The position numbers were made by a program, and so were the translations under genes. 64,000 nt of DNA, from the NCBI GenBank assembly GCA_964344485.1, contig CAYFNF010000003.1, positions 148,467-212,466 on the forward strand. Direction: 5' to 3'. The notes beneath the pieces are model-generated. The model saw only the letters and a program-made list of their open reading frames with translations, was not told where the DNA came from and did no database searches. The DNA is from an uncultured Gammaproteobacteria bacterium (lineage in GTDB: Bacteria; Patescibacteriota; Patescibacteriia; UBA9570; XYC2-FULL-38-9). Of the stretch, positions 34,990 through 43,496 are shown piece by piece (position 1 is the stretch's first letter; every line of letters starts with the position of its first letter).

Positions 34990-35340
34990 GTGCACCCAGA
35001 GGAGCGGGAAGCCGCTCAGGCCCAATTCAGCATCGAATCATCGCGACAGCATGCCATCATGGCGATCGCGGTGCTGGGAAGCATCGCCTTTCACGGCGTC
35101 TTCCTGCCGGTTGTCTGGATCTTCTTCGGAATGTTCATTGCAGTTGGAGCAGACATCGCCCTGTGCATTCTGGCCGCCCTGGTGTGCCAGAACTGCGTCA
35201 AGGTCGTCCGCATACCTCGTCATGCGGGCATACTGCTCACGCTGTCGTACTTCCCGGAGTTCCTGGTCTGGGCTGCAATGTGGCCGATGATGGTCACTGC
35301 TGCGAAGATCCACTTCAGTCGAATGTCACCTCCCCCTTGA
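34990..35340 (+). CDS. Small polytopic membrane protein (116 aa, 3-4 TM) (high-GC island F)
   Basis: GTG start preceded by GGGGAGATAGGA. Hydrophobic segments are AIMAIAVLGSIAFHGVFLPVVWIFFGMFIAV, ADIALCILAALV and LVWAAMWPMMV. Line 35161-35220 has 37/60 G+C. Confidence 0.5.
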   Translation: MHPEEREAAQAQFSIESSRQHAIMAIAVLGSIAFHGVFLPVVWIFFGMFIAVGADIALCILAALVCQNCVKVVRIPRHAGILLTLSYFPEFLVWAAMWPMMVTAAKIHFSRMSPPP

Positions 35341-35371
35341 GGCGACACGCAGCAACTTTTTCTACAACAAC

Positions 35372-35394
35372 GCCCGGTATAACACCGGGCTTTT
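35372..35394 (+). terminator. Intrinsic terminator after the island F gene
   Basis: GCCCGGT-ATAAC-ACCGGGC followed by TTTT. Confidence 0.65.
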
Positions 35395-35421
35395 ATAGTT
35401 GTGTTTTACTGCTATTCAGCG

Positions 35422-35985
35422 TTACGCTGTCGCACGTTCTACATACTCTCCAGTCTCTGTATTTATACGTACTTTATCGCCTTTATTAATGAAGAGCGGA
35501 ACGGAGAGTTCGTAGTCTGTCTCTACTTTTACCTTTTTTGTGACGTTTGATGCTGAGTCTCCTTTAATGCCTGGAGGTGATTGCACCACTTCCAGAACTA
35601 CTTTTGGAGGAAGAGAGATGCTCACTGGCTTCTCTTCATAGTACATCACGTCTACATCTTCGCCTTCTTTCACGAAGTTCACGTTGTCGCCTACTGCATC
35701 GTTATCAAGAGTGAACTGTTCATACGTTTCATTATCCATGAACGTTAAGCCGTCCTCGTCCTTGTATTGATAGTTAGCTTTCTTGTTCTGTAGATGCGCT
35801 GGTTCAATAGAGTCACTCTGCTGGAATGTATTGTCCAATACTTGTCCGGAGATCAGATTCTTCATCTTTACACGCAACACTGCAGCGCTTCGTGCTTGCT
35901 TTGAGTGCTCAGCTTTGACTACTTGGTACGGTGCTCCCTCATACGAAATAACCTTCCCTACTTTAATGTCGGATATTGATAGCAT
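35422..35985 (-). CDS. efp: Elongation factor P
   Basis: 187 aa. The N-terminal KOW-like region is DIKVGKVISYEGAPYQVVKAEH. OB domains follow, ending ...GDKVRINTETGEYVERA. Confidence 0.9.
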   Translation of the reverse strand: MLSISDIKVGKVISYEGAPYQVVKAEHSKQARSAAVLRVKMKNLISGQVLDNTFQQSDSIEPAHLQNKKANYQYKDEDGLTFMDNETYEQFTLDNDAVGDNVNFVKEGEDVDVMYYEEKPVSISLPPKVVLEVVQSPPGIKGDSASNVTKKVKVETDYELSVPLFINKGDKVRINTETGEYVERATA

Positions 35986-35995
35986 ATCTCTTGAA

Positions 35996-36235
35996 TTACT
36001 TCTGTTCGTTTGTATACGGAATCAGTGCCATGTATCGTGCTCGCTTTACTGATTTTGCGAGTTGACGTTGGTGCTTAGCACATGCTCCCATTCTCTTTCT
36101 TGGAAGGATCTTCTGATAGTTCGATGTGAACTTCTGAAGAACATTGATATTCTTGTAGTCGATCTCTGGAATGTTATTTACGCAGAAAAAGCAGAAGCGT
36201 TCTTGTTTTTGGTCTCGTTTTTTATGTGGTCTCAT
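35996..36235 (-). CDS. rpsR: 30S ribosomal protein S18
   Basis: CFFCVNNIPEIDYKNINVLQKFTS...KILPRKRMGACAKHQRQLAKSVKRARYMALIPY. Confidence 0.95.
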   Translation of the reverse strand: MRPHKKRDQKQERFCFFCVNNIPEIDYKNINVLQKFTSNYQKILPRKRMGACAKHQRQLAKSVKRARYMALIPYTNEQK

Positions 36236-36247
36236 AGTCTGTCTTGA

Positions 36248-36700
36248 TTAAAAAGGAATATCTTCTACTGAGATGGTCTCTTCATCGCTTGCTGGTTCTG
36301 GTGGTGGGGGTGTCTGTCCGTCATCCTGCTCTTTTGCTGGTGCATCTGAAGCAGCTGCTGGAGCAGCATCTCCCTTGCTTCCTAGCATGATCATATTATC
36401 AGCCACAATCTCAGTACGGTATCGCTTAGTGCCAGATTGGTCGTCCCATGATCTGGTCTGCAGATGTCCTTCAAGATAAATTTGACGCCCCTTCTTTAGG
36501 TACTGCGCGCAGATCTCAGCAAGTCGTCTCCAGGCAACGATATTATGAAACTCAGTTTTTGATTGCATCTCTCCGCTCTTGTCTTTCCATTGTCGGTTGG
36601 TGGCAAGTGAGAATGTGGTGACTGTTTGACCAGAAGGAATGGTTCGTGATTCTGGATCTCGGGTGAGTCTCCCGATGATCATTACTTTGTTTAAATCCAT
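36248..36700 (-). CDS. ssb: Single-stranded DNA-binding protein
   Basis: The OB fold begins [36 protein letters not shown]. The tail is acidic or P/A-rich and ends in DIPF. The start is set at M8 of the ORF-track model, downstream of the rpsF stop. Confidence 0.9.
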   Translation of the reverse strand: MDLNKVMIIGRLTRDPESRTIPSGQTVTTFSLATNRQWKDKSGEMQSKTEFHNIVAWRRLAEICAQYLKKGRQIYLEGHLQTRSWDDQSGTKRYRTEIVADNMIMLGSKGDAAPAAASDAPAKEQDDGQTPPPPEPASDEETISVEDIPF

Positions 36701-36710
36701 ACGTGTGTAA

Positions 36711-37376
36711 TTAAATGTCAAAGTCGTTACTTAGTAGTTTGTCGATCTCATCATCCAGATCCTCAATAGATCGAGTCTCTTTTGGTTTCTCCTCTGTTGC
36801 TGTGTCTTTCACTGGCACAGCTTTCTTTACCTTCTTCTCTGGTGCGCTCTTGGTGGTAGTGGTTGCAGTTGCAACGGTCTTTGCGGCCGGCTTCTTTGTT
36901 GCTGCTTTCTTCTCCTCTTCTTCCGCACGTTGTTCTTCTTGCGCTTTCATATATCGCTCTTGTTTACGTGCATCGATCTTCTTTTGAATGCGCTCTTCCT
37001 CTGCGAGTTCTTCAGCTGTCTTCTCCCGCTTCTTGATAATGAGAAAGCGAGTCACCTTCTTATGAATACGAAGCTTCTCTTGCAATAGAGCAAGTTGTGA
37101 CTTCAAGAGATTAAACTCTGCCACGAAGTAGACACCACTACGTGAACCTTCTACCGTGTATGCGAGTGTACGGCTTCCAAGTGATTCGTCGAGTGTGATC
37201 TCTCCGTTAAAAGAAGTAATTGCGGATTTCACTTCTTCAAATACTGGCTCAGCTTGATCAGCGGTGAGCCCGCCCCCAACTAGCACCAATATTTCGTAGT
37301 GCTCCTTGAGCTCTTCTTTTTTCGGGAAGTCAAAAACCTCCCCCTGTTGCTCTTGCGCAACGTCTTGGTCTTGCAT
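36711..37376 (-). CDS. rpsF: 30S ribosomal protein S6 with an acidic N-terminal and a long K/E/A-rich C-terminal extension
   Basis: The S6 core reads HYEILVLV...[31 protein letters not shown]. It is embedded in a 221-aa ORF, whereas typical S6 is about 100-130 aa. The gene order is rpsF-ssb-rpsR. Confidence 0.85.
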   Translation of the reverse strand: MQDQDVAQEQQGEVFDFPKKEELKEHYEILVLVGGGLTADQAEPVFEEVKSAITSFNGEITLDESLGSRTLAYTVEGSRSGVYFVAEFNLLKSQLALLQEKLRIHKKVTRFLIIKKREKTAEELAEEERIQKKIDARKQERYMKAQEEQRAEEEEKKAATKKPAAKTVATATTTTKSAPEKKVKKAVPVKDTATEEKPKETRSIEDLDDEIDKLLSNDFDI

Positions 37377-37545
37377 ATGTTGTTGAATTTACGATACTGT
37401 TTCGCTCACCATCATCCATGGTTGATACCAGTGGGCGATGAGCATGGGCCGCTTATACCAAATCTTCTATTCGGCACGACAAGCGGGAAACAATATGCTA
37501 TTGATTAAGCCTCAGGAGATTACCATGTGAGGGGCGATGTGTCAA
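37377..37545 (-). promoter_or_regulatory. Promoter TTGACA-17-TAATCT plus a ~130-nt structured rpsF leader
   Basis: Minus-strand TTGACA at 37545-37540 and TAATCT at 37522-37517. The leader contains the helices CCGCTT/AAGCGG and GCTCATC/GGTGAGC. Confidence 0.4.
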
Positions 37546-37561
37546 GAAATGACAGGCAGTG

Positions 37562-37582
37562 AAAAAAACGCTAATATTAGCG
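37562..37582 (-). terminator. Intrinsic terminator after the 996-aa gene
   Basis: CGCTA-ATAT-TAGCG followed by a T7 run on the minus strand. Confidence 0.55.
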
Positions 37583-37601
37583 CTTTAATTAAGTTTTTTC
37601 G

Positions 37602-40544
37602 TTACCAATCACACGTGGACAACGTTGCGGTTGCCTGTAAATTACCCGACGAATCAATATAGATACAGTGTAATTGACTGTCTTGCCCGTATATATACAA
37701 CCCTCTGCTCACATGAGTAGCATCATGCCCGAATCCTGATCCAGTTGCTCGTCTCGTCAACTCTCCGCCAATATGCATGGTCCACATATACGTAGCATCA
37801 AATACTATGCCCCCTGGAATCTGGCCAGGAATCATACCAATGCCTTTAGCGGTTTCTTTCGAAATATCAAATATTGCCGTACCGTACCCTCCGGCTCCGC
37901 CACCACCTGCAAAAATAATCCAGATGTTAGCTCCATCAAACGCGACATCTACTGGCTTAGTTAGTCCTGTTGATGCGAGACTAAAGGTTCGGAAGTTGTT
38001 GGTCTTAGTATGCAGTTGAATTAATTCATTATTTGCTGCACTAGCAATCCAGAGATACTGTCCGTCATACGCCATCCGTTCTAACGACCCAGCTTCAAAC
38101 CCTGATATGACTGTATCCACTGCCATGGTGTCAATATTAATCTTAATCACCTGACCATTCGGTTTATCAATAGCCCAAATAAAACCATTAGCAAAGATCA
38201 TATCGATAATACGACCAAACCCACCTGCGACCACTTGAAAATTACTACCACCCCAATTCACATACCCAATCTGGCCCGCAACATTCCCTGCCCATATGCG
38301 AGCGTATTGATCATGTGTGGAACTCACTGGCTGCCCAAGTCCAGAAATAGTCGTCGTTGTTGCCGTATCATCTCGTAGTTGCACTTTTTTAATCTGATTG
38401 CTTGAACACAATATATAGATAGTTTCATCACGCAGCACCATGGTACGACAAGTGATCTCAGTAAAGTCATAATCCAATACTTTTCTCTTATCCACTGCGT
38501 TGTATCGATAGAGCCAGTCACCGGTAAGCACCCATACATCAGATCCATCAAACAACATGTCATCTACATTATTAGAAGTTCCTAGGCTCGTATTTCCTGC
38601 ATCCACATATGCATTCTGGTAGATACCGTCCCCGGAGTTTTCATTTGGATAGAACTGCCCGCCGATGAACTCTGCCTCACCTATAACCATGCCGGTATTT
38701 GCATGTAGTGCTAAGCCGAATTCATCCACTTTAATAATGACTCCTGATCCTTTATTCGACATATCCACCTGTATACCAGTTGCTGTCTCACCGCCTGCTT
38801 CGACACGTATACCGTATTTATCCGTTGTTGATGTTGTTGTATGAGTGTTTTGCGCGAGAAGTGCTGTAGAATTAGACCCATCAGACGTAAACCACCCACC
38901 GTATCCAGCAGTAGCAAACGTGGATGTGCCTACGACTCCGGCCCCTCCGCTTCCTGTCGAGGATCCAAATACCGCGTGTTCATTCACACTGATAGCATGA
39001 ACTGCTGTGTTATCAGTGGAATAGCCGAACACACCATGCTCGGTGTCACCGGTACCGATTACTGCTGATCCGTCAGCCACAATTGCCGTGACTGTTGCTG
39101 GGTCGATGTTATGAACGGTTGAAACTATACCGTAGCCTGGGCTTGAAGTGCTCACTGCTGTATTCTTCACTGTCAACACAATATCATTCTGCAACTGATC
39201 TTCCATATAGACCTTTGCAGTAAAATTTCCTGAGTAGGTTGGCCCACCAAGATACGCACAATTCGATGTCTGGTTACACATCACACCTCCATAATACGTC
39301 GTAGCATCCGCGGAGTTTGCGTATAACCCGTAATTTAACTCACTATGTGCAACAACTCCCATGTCTGAATTACCAGCACCATATACTCCTGCCCCACCTG
39401 CGGTGGATTCAGCATACCCAACCACACCGTAGGTTGAATCACTTAGTCCGAGCACTCCTTCACTTCCAGAGGTCGGGAACGACGCAGCTGGTACAGGTAC
39501 TGAACCCGAAACTGACCCTGAATCTGAACGTAATCCAATACCTCCAGCGGTATTACTGACCAGCACTGAAGCGTCTGGACTAGTTACGGCACTAGAAAAA
39601 GTTCCTGCAGGTCCTGTTCCTGTACTTGATGCTACTCCAGTTGCACCGGTTGTTCCTTTGACATTTACTCCTGTATGCGCTCCATCAACAAACACCTCTA
39701 ATGCATCAGCGACAGTAATAGGCGCAGCGCCGTCACCAATAGCCGCGGGGCCTTGAATAAATGCTGCATGGCTGGGATTTCCTAAGTCTGTATAATGGCC
39801 AGATGTCGTATTTTCTGCGTGCACTGCTACACCAGTATCAGAAGTAGTATACACTCCATCCGCGCCGCTCGTACCAACCGCGTATATACCTTTATAAGAG
39901 CCGTCGACATACACGGATAGACCGTCTGCAGTAGTAATCGGTGTGCTCCCTGAACCTATAGCTCCAGGGCCGCTTAAGTACGCAGCATGCGCAGGTGTAC
40001 TGAGATCGATAGAATATGATGATGTGGTGTTATTTGCAAAGATTGCTGGCGCTGAACCAGAAGCAGTAATTACCGACATGCCTGGACCGGCTCCGTCTTG
40101 TTGAATCTGAACTCCATTCACCCATGAATTCGTCACCACAGCAATGGCATTAGTTCCAGAGTCTTGGTGGTCGATATTTAACGACTCTCCTGAGGTGGTT
40201 ATAATTGCTATCTCCCCGTTGCCTGTACCAATAGATGGATCAATAAATAGATCTACTGCGGTTGCAGCTTGCTGTACAGCCAAGGTATTTTCCAACACCG
40301 TAGTTCCAACCACTGTTAATGAATCACCGAGTGTGAGTGGGCCTGCTTTGGTTTGCGCTGCAGTAGAGAGGTTAATTGGTGCTGAAACATTGCAAGATGC
40401 GTGTGTTGGCCCGTCTACATCAGGGTCACATGTAGGCTGATTCCAGGCTGCACGCGCATAAGGCGCAACAAGAAACATACAGAGAGAAATAACAAAAAAA
40501 CCAGTGAAATACTGCGAAAATCGTGTTATAAACTCTGTTTTCAT
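37602..40544 (-). CDS. Large secreted protein (~980 aa): tail-fibre-like N-terminus, G/S/T/A-rich repeats and a C-terminal beta-propeller-like repeat region
   Basis: Signal/anchor FFVISLCMFLVAPYARA followed by AWNQPTCDP...APINLSTAAQTKAGPLTLG. The centre has repeated blocks (...SGHYTDLGNPSHAAFIQGPAAIGDGAAPITVADALEVFVDG... and a near-copy). The C-terminus has DG..(L/I/V)W(I/V) propeller-type repeats. The start is set at M17 because the first 16 codons overlap the divergent promoter of the 40605 gene. Confidence 0.75.
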   Translation of the reverse strand: MKTEFITRFSQYFTGFFVISLCMFLVAPYARAAWNQPTCDPDVDGPTHASCNVSAPINLSTAAQTKAGPLTLGDSLTVVGTTVLENTLAVQQAATAVDLFIDPSIGTGNGEIAIITTSGESLNIDHQDSGTNAIAVVTNSWVNGVQIQQDGAGPGMSVITASGSAPAIFANNTTSSYSIDLSTPAHAAYLSGPGAIGSGSTPITTADGLSVYVDGSYKGIYAVGTSGADGVYTTSDTGVAVHAENTTSGHYTDLGNPSHAAFIQGPAAIGDGAAPITVADALEVFVDGAHTGVNVKGTTGATGVASSTGTGPAGTFSSAVTSPDASVLVSNTAGGIGLRSDSGSVSGSVPVPAASFPTSGSEGVLGLSDSTYGVVGYAESTAGGAGVYGAGNSDMGVVAHSELNYGLYANSADATTYYGGVMCNQTSNCAYLGGPTYSGNFTAKVYMEDQLQNDIVLTVKNTAVSTSSPGYGIVSTVHNIDPATVTAIVADGSAVIGTGDTEHGVFGYSTDNTAVHAISVNEHAVFGSSTGSGGAGVVGTSTFATAGYGGWFTSDGSNSTALLAQNTHTTTSTTDKYGIRVEAGGETATGIQVDMSNKGSGVIIKVDEFGLALHANTGMVIGEAEFIGGQFYPNENSGDGIYQNAYVDAGNTSLGTSNNVDDMLFDGSDVWVLTGDWLYRYNAVDKRKVLDYDFTEITCRTMVLRDETIYILCSSNQIKKVQLRDDTATTTTISGLGQPVSSTHDQYARIWAGNVAGQIGYVNWGGSNFQVVAGGFGRIIDMIFANGFIWAIDKPNGQVIKINIDTMAVDTVISGFEAGSLERMAYDGQYLWIASAANNELIQLHTKTNNFRTFSLASTGLTKPVDVAFDGANIWIIFAGGGGAGGYGTAIFDISKETAKGIGMIPGQIPGGIVFDATYMWTMHIGGELTRRATGSGFGHDATHVSRGLYIYGQDSQLHCIYIDSSGNLQATATLSTCDW

Positions 40545-40549
40545 TTCGT

Positions 40550-40578
40550 TGACGGTTAGGCCATTTTTAGTATATAAT
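40550..40578 (+). promoter_or_regulatory. Candidate promoter TTGACG-(17/18)-TATAAT for the 40605 gene
   Basis: TTGACG at 40550-40555 and TATAAT at 40573-40578, about 26 nt upstream of the ATG. Confidence 0.35.
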
Positions 40579-40604
40579 ATCAACACATTCATCGCAATAG
40601 CACT

Positions 40605-41096
40605 ATGGCATCATCTCGTTCATTCAGTCACTCATTTACCTCTGTTCTTCTATTTATCCTGGCAGCAGGCTGTGTTGTAATCATTGCTGCATTTACCTAT
40701 TTTTTACTAAGCAATACTAACAACCACACCGCATCTGAACAGAACACTGCTGCACCAAATAGCAATATAGCAGCTTCTGTAGAAGTTGAGTCCGTTCCGC
40801 AGCAGCAACAGGTCCGTGGGACGGTTTCAGAGGTCCAGGACAGTGAATTCTCTATTACTGTTGATGCGGAGTCTTCTAAAACTCGCACAGTGAATATTCT
40901 ATACTCTGATAATACGGTGGTCACTGAATACGACACCACTACACCGCCAGTACCAGGTTCTCAACCAGAAGAACCGTATACTGAAACAGACGTCACCTCA
41001 ATTACCGCAGGTTCCATTGTTGTGGTGCAAAGCGCAGAAGTCATAGCAGCAGACGCAACTACGGTTCAAGCCCAAGATATAATAATTTTAAAATAA
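40605..41096 (+). CDS. Hypothetical membrane-anchored protein
   Basis: 163 aa with one N-terminal TM segment (LLFILAAGCVVIIAAFTYFLL). The remainder is predicted to be extracytoplasmic. Confidence 0.55.
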   Translation: MASSRSFSHSFTSVLLFILAAGCVVIIAAFTYFLLSNTNNHTASEQNTAAPNSNIAASVEVESVPQQQQVRGTVSEVQDSEFSITVDAESSKTRTVNILYSDNTVVTEYDTTTPPVPGSQPEEPYTETDVTSITAGSIVVVQSAEVIAADATTVQAQDIIILK

Positions 41097-41113
41097 TTAA
41101 TTAACACTATTGT

Positions 41114-41677
41114 ATGATTATTTTCGGAATTATCGCCGCTGTAGTGGTAGTCATCGGCCTCTGGCTGATTCTCACATACAACGGCTTAATCCGATCACGC
41201 AATCAAGTTGATGAAGCGTGGTCAGATATTGACGTTCAATTAAAACGTCGGTATGACCTTATCCCAAACTTAATCGAAACCTGTAAGGGATATGCAAAAC
41301 ATGAGAACGAAACGTTCCAACAGGTAACAGAAGCTCGAGCTAATGCAATTAAAGCTGAACAAGCTGGCGACACCAAGAAACTCGGGGAAGCAGAGAACAT
41401 GCTGACCGGCGCATTGAAGAGCCTGTTTGCTGTTGCTGAGAACTACCCAGAATTGAAAGCAAATGAAAACTTTCTTCAATTGCAGGATGAACTCTCAGAC
41501 ACCGAGAACAAGATCCAGGCATCACGTCGTTTCTACAACGGAAATGTTCGAGACTTCAACACCAAGGTTCAAGTGTTCCCAACCAACTTAATTGCCGGAA
41601 TGCTCGGATTCAAGGACTATGAATTCTTCGAGATTGGAGAAGAGGAAGAACGAGAAAATCCACAAGTAAAATTCTAG
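41114..41677 (+). CDS. lemA: LemA family protein
   Basis: N-terminal TM segment followed by YNGLIRSRNQVDEAWSDIDVQLKRRYDLIPNL...ENYPELKANENFLQLQDEL...RRFYN. Confidence 0.9.
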   Translation: MIIFGIIAAVVVVIGLWLILTYNGLIRSRNQVDEAWSDIDVQLKRRYDLIPNLIETCKGYAKHENETFQQVTEARANAIKAEQAGDTKKLGEAENMLTGALKSLFAVAENYPELKANENFLQLQDELSDTENKIQASRRFYNGNVRDFNTKVQVFPTNLIAGMLGFKDYEFFEIGEEEERENPQVKF

Positions 41678-41726
41678 CAGCCTTTTGCGCGCAACAACGC
41701 GTGTTTGAGCTACCCTTCATACCTCT

Positions 41727-42662
41727 ATGACGGTCTATCAACAGATTTCTAAAAATAAGAGGCGCACTATTGTATTGATGATGATCTTTATTGCGTTCAT
41801 TCTTGGTTTAGGGTATGTGCTTGCTGAGTACTACGCCGGTGTTGGTTATATTGGTTTAGTGTACGCTGCAATCCTCTCGTTAGTCATGACAACGGTAAGT
41901 TACTTCGGTGGAGACAAAGCTGCGTTGCTAACATCAGGCGCAAAGGAGATCGCAAAAGATGATAACCCATACGTCTGGCGCATGGTAGAGAACCTCTGCA
42001 TCACTTCAGGCTTGCCTATGCCACGAGTTTATATCATCAATGATCCAGTGATGAATGCATTTGCTACAGGCCGAAAACCAGAGAAGTCTTCTATTGCACT
42101 AACAACCGGGCTAATTGAAAACCTCGAGAATGAAGAGCTAGAAGGAGTCATCGCACACGAACTCTCTCATATACAGAACTACGACACTCGATTAATGATG
42201 GTAGTGGTAGTGTTGGTTGGAGTGTTAGCGTTAATGGCAGACTGGATGTGGCGGTTCCATTTCTTCAGTGGTAACCGACGAGGTGGAGGACGTCGCGGTG
42301 GCGGTGGATTCCAGATTGAACTGATCTTTGCGATTGTCGGTGTGGCATTAATCATCCTCTCCCCAGTCATTGCCGAGCTGATTAAACTCGCGATATCGAG
42401 AAAGCGTGAGTACTTAGCAGATGCGTCTGCAGTGTTGATGACTCGATACTCTGAAGGATTAGCAGGGGCATTAGAAAAGATCGCTAAGCAAGACGGAAAA
42501 ATGCTGCGCGCGAACCATGCAACCGCACATCTGTATATCGCTAATCCATTTGGAGCAAAAGCAAAGAAATGGCTCACTCGTCTCTGGTCCACGCATCCGC
42601 CAATAGAAGATCGTATCGCAAAATTGCGAGATATGGGCGGATCTCCGCAAATTGAGGTATAA
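41727..42662 (+). CDS. htpX: M48 family zinc metalloprotease HtpX
   Basis: NAFATG..., HELSHIQNYD and four TM segments. There is a G/R-rich insert (GNRRGGGRRGGGG). It follows lemA, a common pairing. Confidence 0.9.
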   Translation: MTVYQQISKNKRRTIVLMMIFIAFILGLGYVLAEYYAGVGYIGLVYAAILSLVMTTVSYFGGDKAALLTSGAKEIAKDDNPYVWRMVENLCITSGLPMPRVYIINDPVMNAFATGRKPEKSSIALTTGLIENLENEELEGVIAHELSHIQNYDTRLMMVVVVLVGVLALMADWMWRFHFFSGNRRGGGRRGGGGFQIELIFAIVGVALIILSPVIAELIKLAISRKREYLADASAVLMTRYSEGLAGALEKIAKQDGKMLRANHATAHLYIANPFGAKAKKWLTRLWSTHPPIEDRIAKLRDMGGSPQIEV

Positions 42663-42692
42663 TAGAAATACAAATATATAACCCATATATCT

Positions 42693-43487
42693 ATGGCAAA
42701 AACAAATGTTCATCAACAGGTCATTGCAATAAGCAAAAGCTATCACGATAGCATAGAAATCTACACAAAACACTTCTTAAAACTCATGGGAGTAGTGCTG
42801 ATTCCTAACCTATTAACGTATTTTCTGATTATTTCATTGAAGGCTTCTGTGGTCTCCTCTATTGCAAAACTTGGAGCGCTCGAGTTCTTTTCGTTCACAA
42901 ATATTAACTTTATTGTTTCGCTACTATTAATTCTCACCATTGTTATTGTGCAAGCACTGGGTGTAATTGCTTTAACGTATATGGTGGTACATCGAGAACG
43001 AGTCGCGGTGTTGACCGCGTTTGAACACTCCCTAGAGTTCTTCTGGAGATTTATCGGTCTGGCAATAGTCCTCATGGTTATCACTGGAATTGGTTTACTG
43101 CTGGGGTTCCTATTAGTAATCCTTATTGGCAGTCCGCTAGCAAGCTATTCACTCACTGCACTGGAATATACCTTTGACTGGCTGATGTTGATACCAGTAA
43201 TAATCAGCGCAATCATTACCACCTTCTTTGTCTTTGCTAGTTATAGCATTGTTGATAAGAATCAGAGCATTACTAAAGGTCTGCAACACAGCTTTACATT
43301 AGTGCGAGGACACTTTATCCCTGTTGCCATTCGCGTACTGCTGATCTATATCATCACCTCACTACTGTTCTTCGGAATTCAGTTTATTCCTCATATCGGA
43401 AACATTGTTTCTGTTATCCTGGTTGCTCCGTTCTCAGTGGTCTACCTCTACATTCTCTATAACGACTTAGTAAAATTTAAATCCTAA
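42693..43487 (+). CDS. Polytopic membrane protein, function unknown
   Basis: 264 aa with about 6 TM segments and no diagnostic motif. Confidence 0.55.
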   Translation: MAKTNVHQQVIAISKSYHDSIEIYTKHFLKLMGVVLIPNLLTYFLIISLKASVVSSIAKLGALEFFSFTNINFIVSLLLILTIVIVQALGVIALTYMVVHRERVAVLTAFEHSLEFFWRFIGLAIVLMVITGIGLLLGFLLVILIGSPLASYSLTALEYTFDWLMLIPVIISAIITTFFVFASYSIVDKNQSITKGLQHSFTLVRGHFIPVAIRVLLIYIITSLLFFGIQFIPHIGNIVSVILVAPFSVVYLYILYNDLVKFKS

Positions 43488-43496
43488 CCTGTTTCT

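Noticed and set aside
33955-35489. Alternative-frame ORFs in islands D-F (33955-34407, 34147-34446, 34346-34846, 34461-34763, 34664-34930, 35038-35313, 35051-35290, 35163-35489).
   Set aside because: Same stop-poor high-GC effect. Their products are R/G/P-rich with no start signals. The chosen frames have an SD plus a promoter and, for E and F, clear TM helices.
40545-40604. Replication origin at the minus-to-plus strand switch near 40.6 kb.
   Set aside because: The intergenic gap is only tens of nt. It contains an ordinary divergent promoter and no cluster of DnaA-box-like 9-mers, and no dnaA or dnaN gene is nearby.
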